Assembly: GCF_004010195.1 (NCBI RefSeq)
Contig: NC_057719.1
Span: 53,023,857-53,068,408 of the forward strand
Direction: 5' to 3'
Length of the DNA: 44,552 nt
Source of the DNA: Chiloscyllium plagiosum
Taxonomy: Eukaryota
This document shows, piece after piece, positions 37,999-44,552 of the stretch. Below the pieces are notes generated by a model. That model ran no database searches and was not told the DNA's origin. It saw only the letters and a program-made list of their open reading frames with translations. Within the stretch, counting starts at the first letter, position 1. Every line of letters starts with the position of its first letter. Position numbers and translations under genes: made by a program.

Positions 37999-38455
37999 AA
38001 GTCAGTGATCAAATGCTAAGAAAGCAATACGAAAGGCTGGCAGTCTCTAACTAAACACAAAGTGTGTATGCACCAGGAAGTTAAGCCAAAAACAATAAGA
38101 TCTGATGCATGAGATGTGAATCTACCCCTACATATAAAGCAGCATGGCAGAAACATGCAGATCATAGGTGTGCATGAGCTCCACCTTAGAGTTGAAAGGT
38201 TGAAGTGGTGCATGAATAGATAGATAATGATGATGTGTTGAGGCTAGTGGTTTGCTGATGCTGATTGGTATAGATGAGACTCGAGGAGGATGGTGGCCAT
38301 GGGGCTACCAGAAGATTGTTGTGAAGAAGCATGGTGGCTAGGACAAGCAAACTGCAGCTGCCAGGTACCCAATCTGGTTTATATGTCAGGGATTTGAACT
38401 GTCTACTTACACAGTGGAAGGGAGAATACCTAAATGGAAGTGGTATGTAAATTAG

Positions 38456-38800
38456 GAGAAAGTGAGGTCTGCAGATGCTGGAGATCAGAGCTGAAAATGT
38501 GTTGCTGGAAAAGCGCAGCAGGTCAGGCAGCATCCAGGTAACAGGANNNNNNNNNNNNNNNNNNNNNNNNNNNNNNNNNNNNNNNNNNNNNNNNNNNNGG
38601 GGAAGTGAGGAAACTGGTGAAATCCGAGTTCATCCCTTGTGGTTGGAGGGTTCCTAGGTGGAAGATGAGGCGCTCTTCCTCCAACCGTCGTTTTGTTGTG
38701 GTCTGGCGATGGAGGAGTCCAAAGACCTGCATATCCTTGGTGGAGTGGGAGGGGGAATTGAAATGTTGAGCCACAGGGTGGTTGAGTTGGTTGGTCTGTA
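38456..38800 (-). mobile_element. 5'-truncated PLE, family A: GIY-YIG endonuclease C-terminus plus pseudo-LTR and tail
   Basis: PVAQHFNSPSHS...RRLEEERLIFHLGTLQPQGMN. 16-bp TSD gtggtatgtaaattag at 38440-38455 and 38818-38833. Contains an N gap at 38547-38598. Confidence 0.88.
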
Positions 38801-39094
38801 AATTTACATACCACAGGGTGGTATGTAAATTAGCCAAGTTGGGGCTGTAATAAAATACAAATGCATAGAAATATGGTACTCACAGTTCGATAGCGAGATT
38901 CTCATTTCAGTATTGAAGGCTTATGGGAAATGTCAGAAAAAAATATTTTTTTTGCTATCAAAATTCTGAATTTTTAATTCTCTTCATTTGTCATGCCACA
39001 TCAGTGAGGGGAATGTTCCACCATAATCATGTCCTGTTCTCCCTGGTCATGAACCAAATCTGAAATACCTCATTTAAGGGGTGTAATGACCTCC

Positions 39095-39256
39095 TGGAAT
39101 GAAGTAACTATCCTCTTCCCTCATACATCATAGTTTTTGAAGCTTGGACTCCAGCTCATCAACTTGGAGCCACATTTGTGCAAGAAGAAACAATTACAGC
39201 CAACAGATCACACCAGTGTCTATCCTTCTCACATACCACAGCTGCAACACACCACA
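39095..39256 (-). mobile_element. CR1 ORF1 N-terminal relic
   Basis: Minus strand reads VVCCSCGM and VDELESKLQKL..MREEDSY, resembling the zinc-finger/leucine-zipper of CR1 ORF1. Confidence 0.55.
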
Positions 39257-39264
39257 TACCCTTC

Positions 39265-39559
39265 TTTTTTTTTGTGAGACACAGTGGAAGACACAAAGTG
39301 CACCAATCTTTATTCAATTTCCACCACCAGGAAGATAGGAAAACACCCGGGTGGCCAGTGATAAACACTGTCCTTCACATCAAAGGGCAGTGCTGTGTGA
39401 TCAAAACAGTGAAGGGGAGGGTAGGGACTAAATCAAAATAGAGTTGGAGGGAGAAATGATGCACTCCACTCCCTGCGGCGCCCACCTCTCCCTGAACAAC
39501 TCCAGGGTGTTGGTGGACACCGCGTGCTCCTTCTCCAAGGACACCCGGGCTCTAACGTA
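39265..39559 (-). mobile_element. Tx1/L1-clade LINE 3' end with poly(A)
   Basis: Open frame 39559-39428 reads YVRARVSLEKEHAVSTNTLELFRERWAPQGVECIISPSNSILI*, followed by a 3' UTR and an A-tail (T-run at 39265-39273). Confidence 0.7.
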
Positions 39560-40427
39560 CCAGTCTGTTTTATTGTGCACAGATGATATGCACTGAAGTT
39601 GCTACTGCAAAGCCAGCTTGTTGCTGTACTGAGTAGTAGCTATTGACTTTCAGCTGATTGTTTGATAATGCAATTGGCAGGCAGTTTCTGTTCACAAGAC
39701 TCCTTTTCTAGAAGTTTCAAAGTTCTTAGTTAGAGCCTGACTGCTAAACTAAGTTGTAGGTTGGGAATAATTTACCAGTCCCAAATTCCCAAATTAGCAA
39801 ATGTGCCTTATTACATTCTGTCTCCCATCAAGATTAGTGTAACCATTTTGTTCCCCTTTTCTCTCCGATTTGTGGACAAGAAGTGAATGCTCTTCTGTGG
39901 AAAGTGCAAGAACAATTTGTCACGTTATTTAAGGTATAATGGCTGAATTATGACTGTTGTCCAAATTGGTTATCTTCACATCAGTGTAATCTGTGGAAAC
40001 CATGGATGTTCTATTCTGCATCCTGGCAGGCAACACAGAGTACCTCATGGAAATTGAACCCTTAAGTGAAGCTTGAAAGAAATAGTGATCCTGCCAGCAC
40101 CATCTTTTTGTCAACCATTAACAAGGTCAATGTGACATTATGATAAATGAGATCACAATTATAGCCTCTGTAAATTAGCTCTGCAAAGAACAACCAAAGT
40201 TAAACTTGATCTTGAGATAATCTTTTGACTTAATGTCTTCTTATTAAATATTACCAGTTTGATTGTATTAAATCTGGAACAGGTACCTTCCTGTTTTCAA
40301 TCACACAAACAGCACATCTTCAGATAAAGATTACACTTAAGGAATAATAATTTTAATGGGCGAATAACCAGATAATTATACTCTGGATCTTTTCAGGGAG
40401 TCTTGCATTGGCTGCCTGGATGAATTA

Positions 40428-41455
40428 GAACATAAGAACATTAGAACTAGGAGCAGGAGTAAGAAATACAACCTCTTGAGCCTGCTCCAACATTTAATAC
40501 AATTGTGGCTGATCTAATCGCAACCTCAACTCTAGTTTCCTGCTTCCTATCCATAACCCTTCAGCCTGTTACTGATTAAGAATCTGTCTATCTCCTTCTT
40601 AAGTTTAGTCAATATCCTGGCATCCACTGTAGTGTGGGATAGTGAATTCCACAGATTTACAACACTTTCAGAAAAGTAATCTTCCTCATCTGTTTTAAGT
40701 CTTATCCTAAAACTATGACCTCTCATTTTCGATTGTCCCAAATGAGGGAACACTGTTCAACAATTTTATTGGTAATTCCATTTCTATCTTATATACTTCA
40801 ATTGGATCTCACATTCTTCTAAAGCCGAAAGATTATAGGGCTAAATTGCTCAACTTCTCTTCAAAAGACAAGCCCCTTATCTCTGCTCAATCTTGTAAAC
40901 CTCCTCTGAACCACCTCCAATGAAACTACATCCCTTCTCAAATAAGAGGATCAAAGCTATATGCAACACTTCAAGTGGGGTCTCACTAAAGTCTTGTATA
41001 GTTGTAGCAACACTTCTCTCCTTTTCTACTCTATTCCTTTAGCAATAAACACAAACATTCCATTTGCCTTCCTTTATTACCTGCTATACCCGTATACTAG
41101 TTTTCTGAAATTAATGCACAAGAATATTCATATTCCTCTATACCAAAGCACTCTGGAGCTTCTCCGTATTTAGATAATATGTTGTCTTCCCATTCTTCTG
41201 GTCAAAATGGATTACCTCACATTTTTCCATGTTAAAATAATCCATCAAATTTTGTCCTATTAACCTAAGCAATCCATATCCATTTCTAAATTTCTTATTC
41301 CTTTATTGCAACTTGCCACTTATTTTATTGTCATTGACAAATTTGGCGCTAATACTTTCTCTGCCTACATCCAAGTTATAATATAGATTATAAATAGCTG
41401 GAGACCCAAGGATCAAACATTGTGGTTCTCCACTGGTTATATTTGGCCAGCCAGA
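40428..41455 (-). mobile_element. CR1-clade LINE 3' portion
   Basis: Tail agaacataagaacattagaac, RGHSFRI, VVNLWNSL and LYKTLVRPHL-like motifs. Confidence 0.85.
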
Positions 41456-42750
41456 ATTATTAGGACTGGAGTTATAATTAATTAGAACATCTTGTAACTG
41501 AACGAAATAGCAAATCTTTATTTGTTTTTCTTCCGATCATTAAATTATAAGAAAAGATGGATAAGGATATGATACTATTAAACATTTATGGGAATGGACT
41601 GCTTAATGTACAGCAAAAGTAATTCCCTTTAAAGCAGCACTTGTTTCTTTTACATGCAATGGATCCTTGACTTCAAATGAGGACAGAATTCAACTGATGC
41701 TCCATCTTACCAATTTATCAAAAATTGTTTTTACATTCTATATGGCCAATGGACCTCTGTGACTTGATATCCCAAAGAATGTATTGTCCAATTACAAGTA
41801 GATGATACAATTACAAGCTCTGATGATAGTTTAACATCAGAAGACATTTATTGTCTCAGTAGGTTTAAATATAGGGATGTTCCACCTGTGGAAAATTCTT
41901 CAAAGTGTAATTGATTTTAAAAATTGTAAAGTGAGGGGTTTAATATTTCTGATTACCTTCCCTACTGAAACAAGGCAAAGTAGCAAAAATCAAATAAATT
42001 TTAAAAAGTGCACTACAGCTCCTTATTCATATGTTCATAGGTCAAAAAAATTATATTGCTCTCCAGGGCATTGATAAGCAGCAGAAAAACGGTTGCAGCT
42101 TTTGCAGATTTCTTCCAAGAGCAGCCTATTGCAAAGCCATCACACGCCATCAGATTACCATTTAGCAGCGACAGCCTTAGGAACAGAAATTGGTTAATAA
42201 TCTGAAGAGATAATATTTGAAGCTGTACAAGGAAAGGGAAAGAGAATAGAACTAACACAGGCATAAAGGGATAAGTGGCCTCTTTCAATTTTGTTAATGT
42301 AATGTTATATGGGTAGGAAGTTTCAGATGGTGGGGTTCCTTGCTCCATTGCCTGAAAAAGTTGAAGGGGCTGCTCACAGTAGCACATAGCCATTTAATAC
42401 TCTTGATATTTGGAAGAATGTTAGTTGGATGGAAAGGGGACTTCTGCCCTTCAATCCAATTGTCTGACAGGTTTGTTCTCCTCACAATGCCAGCAGCAGC
42501 AGCAGTGGCCAGGGCTGGGACTACAAACCTTTAACGGATTCTCAGTCCCAAGTCTAGGAGCTTAACTAAGTGCAGATGTCTCCCACCTGGGTGGGGGAGA
42601 AATGAGTTGGGAGACCCGGCTAAGTGGGGGATTTTTTGAACAGCCTGGGTGGATATGCAGGGATCCCTTGAGGGTGACACTTTACACACACTTCACTTGA
42701 GGAACTCCAGCAGGTTAAACCGTTGGGCTTTCCCATGCTCCTGAACTCCT

Positions 42751-42939
42751 TCCTCTTGATAAACAAGAATTTATCTACATCTGCCTTAAAAATACTTAAA
42801 GATTCTGCATCAGGAATCTGCATTGAGGAAGAGAATTCCAAAGACTCATAACCCTCCAAGAGAAAAACATGTTCCTCATCTCTGCCAACATGGGTGACCT
42901 TTTATTTTAAACTGTGGGCCCTAGTTCTAGATTTTCCCA
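42751..42939 (-). repeat. 189-bp inverted duplicate of 43646-43834
   Basis: Reverse-complement match with about 3 differences seen by eye. ORFs 42620-42859 and 43726-43989 share the same peptide. Confidence 0.92.
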
Positions 42940-43104
42940 TTGTGGAAATGCAGGAAGTAACCTTTTAAAAGTAAATAACGAGCCACTTAAAGGCATTAGT
43001 TATGGTGACGTACGGGCAATAAATGCTGGCCCAGCCAGTGACGCCCACAACTGAATAAACAAAAAACTTAAAACCCCTTCCCTGTCAGGTTCTCTGTGAA
43101 TGAG

Positions 43105-43160
43105 GAGAAAGTGAGTCTGCAGATGCTGGAGATCAAAGTTGAAACTTTATTGCTGTTTCA
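43105..43160. mobile_element. 56-bp minimal PLE insertion with 14-bp TSD
   Basis: TSD tctctgtgaatgag at 43091-43104 and 43161-43174. Insert is tail plus tgaaactttattgct plus gtttca, the same ends as 19802-20031. Confidence 0.85.
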
Positions 43161-43184
43161 TCTCTGTGAATGAGAAATATAAAG

Positions 43185-43965
43185 CCTATATAGGGATATA
43201 GATTGGTTAAGTGAGTGGGTAAAGATCTGGCAAAGAGAGTATATTGTGGGAAAGTGTGAAATGCTCCATTTTGACAGAAGGGATGAAAAATGAAGCAGCT
43301 TATCTCAATTGTGAAAGGTTGCAGACCTCAGCACTGCAGCAAGACCTGGGTGTTCTAGTACACGAATCACAGATAATTAGTATGCAAGTATGCCTCAGTT
43401 ACACAGGGCATTGGTCAGACTGCATCTGTATTATTGTATACAGAATGGAAGGACATCAGATGTGTTGAAATCAGTTCAGAGAAGTTATACCGGACTATTT
43501 CCCAGGAATGAGTGGATTAAGGAAAGACTGGGGAGGCTAGGCCTGTATCCTTTAGAGTTTAGGAAAGCCAGACATAACTTAATTGAAATGTATAAGATCC
43601 TGAGAGGACTTGGCAGGGTGAATGTGGAAAGGATGTTGCCTCTTTTGGGAAAATCTAGAACTAGGGCCCACAGTTTAAAATAAAAGGTCACCCATGTTGG
43701 CAGAGATGAGGAATGTGTTTTTCTCTTGGAGGGTTGTGAGTCTTTGGAATTCTCTTCCTCAATGCAGATTCCTGATGCAGAATCTTTAAGTATTTTTAAG
43801 GCAGATGTAGATAAATTCTTGTTTATCAAGAGGATGAAAGATTATCAGGGATATGCAGGAATGGACAGGCTAAAATCAGATCAAATTGAAATTAGAATCA
43901 GATCAGTCATGATCTTATTGTTCTGGGGAATAGGCCAAGTCGCCTACCCTCATTCCTTGTTCATA
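43185..43965 (+). mobile_element. Degraded CR1-clade LINE 3' portion
   Basis: DLGVLVHES, ALVRLHLYYC, ERLGRLGLYPLEFR and LIEMYKILRG motifs. Confidence 0.85.
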
Positions 43966-44287
43966 CATTTATTGACAGGTGTCTTCTGATTCCTGACTCC
44001 ATATAAGAGGCATGCAGCAGTTAAGGCAATCATTTTACTTGGAGTAGGGAGCCACAGATATGTACTCTGTGCAGAGCTGTCATCTATGCCAAGCCATGTG
44101 GTGCTCATCTAAATTGGACTCAGTACAGAGGATGACAGAGGGAGGGAGCTGGAGCATGATGACTGCCTGACAAGGAGGTTGCCCAAGGAAGGCTGACTAG
44201 GAAGGGTCAAAAAGTTTAACTTAAGGCATACAGTCAGAGAGCCCAAAGCTCAGTCTCGCAGGGAATGAATGTGATGTGATCTATATG

Positions 44288-44376
44288 TGCAGTAGATGTG
44301 ATCTACATGGACTTCAGTAAGGCATTCGACAAGGTTCCCCATGGGAAACTGCTTAACAAGGTTAGATCTCATGGAA
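44288..44376 (+). mobile_element. CR1 RT fragment
   Basis: AVDVIYMDFSKAFDKVPHGKLLNKVRSHG. Confidence 0.88.
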
Positions 44377-44380
44377 GGGG

Positions 44381-44552
44381 GGAGAAAGTGAGGACTGCAG
44401 ATGCTGGAGATCAGAGCTGAAAATGTGTTGCTGGAAAAGCGCAGCAGGTCAGGCAGCGTCCAAGGAGCAGGAGAATCGACGTTTCGGGCATAAGCCCTTC
44501 TTCAGGAATGAGGAAAGTGTGTCCAGCAGGCTAAGATAAAAGGTAGGGAGGA
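44381..44552 (-). mobile_element. PLE family A 3' end inserted in CR1, runs off the window
   Basis: Reverse complement of 1-119 and about 31994-32132. Intact core CTGAAGA A GGGC TTAT GCCC GAAAC GTC at 44478-44505. Confidence 0.88.

Overview
Repeat-dense, apparently non-coding (intronic or intergenic) vertebrate DNA. It is most likely from a shark or other cartilaginous fish, inferred from HE1-type V-SINEs and their CR1/HER1 partner LINE tails. I could not support any host protein-coding exon. The ORFs I could interpret are transposon relics, repeat artefacts or N-gap artefacts. The window contains many CR1-clade fragments, three HE1 SINEs, a fragmented Gypsy LTR-retrotransposon relic (gag, RT, RNase H, integrase) with nested insertions, RTE/Rex/Tx1 3' ends, and a possible ancient hAT transposase relic. 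The most notable signal is more than a dozen Penelope-like element (PLE) pieces from several families. Many are short non-autonomous palindromic insertions flanked by 7-16 bp target-site duplications (TSDs), and they carry minimal type I hammerhead ribozyme cores (CUGANGA-helix II-GAAA-palindromic helix III). One sits in a 150-bp tandem duplication whose second copy preserves the empty site. Hammerhead-bearing PLEs are an established class, so any novelty here would lie in the specific families and architectures. All calls were made by eye; no searches or folding were run, and boundaries of degraded repeats are approximate.
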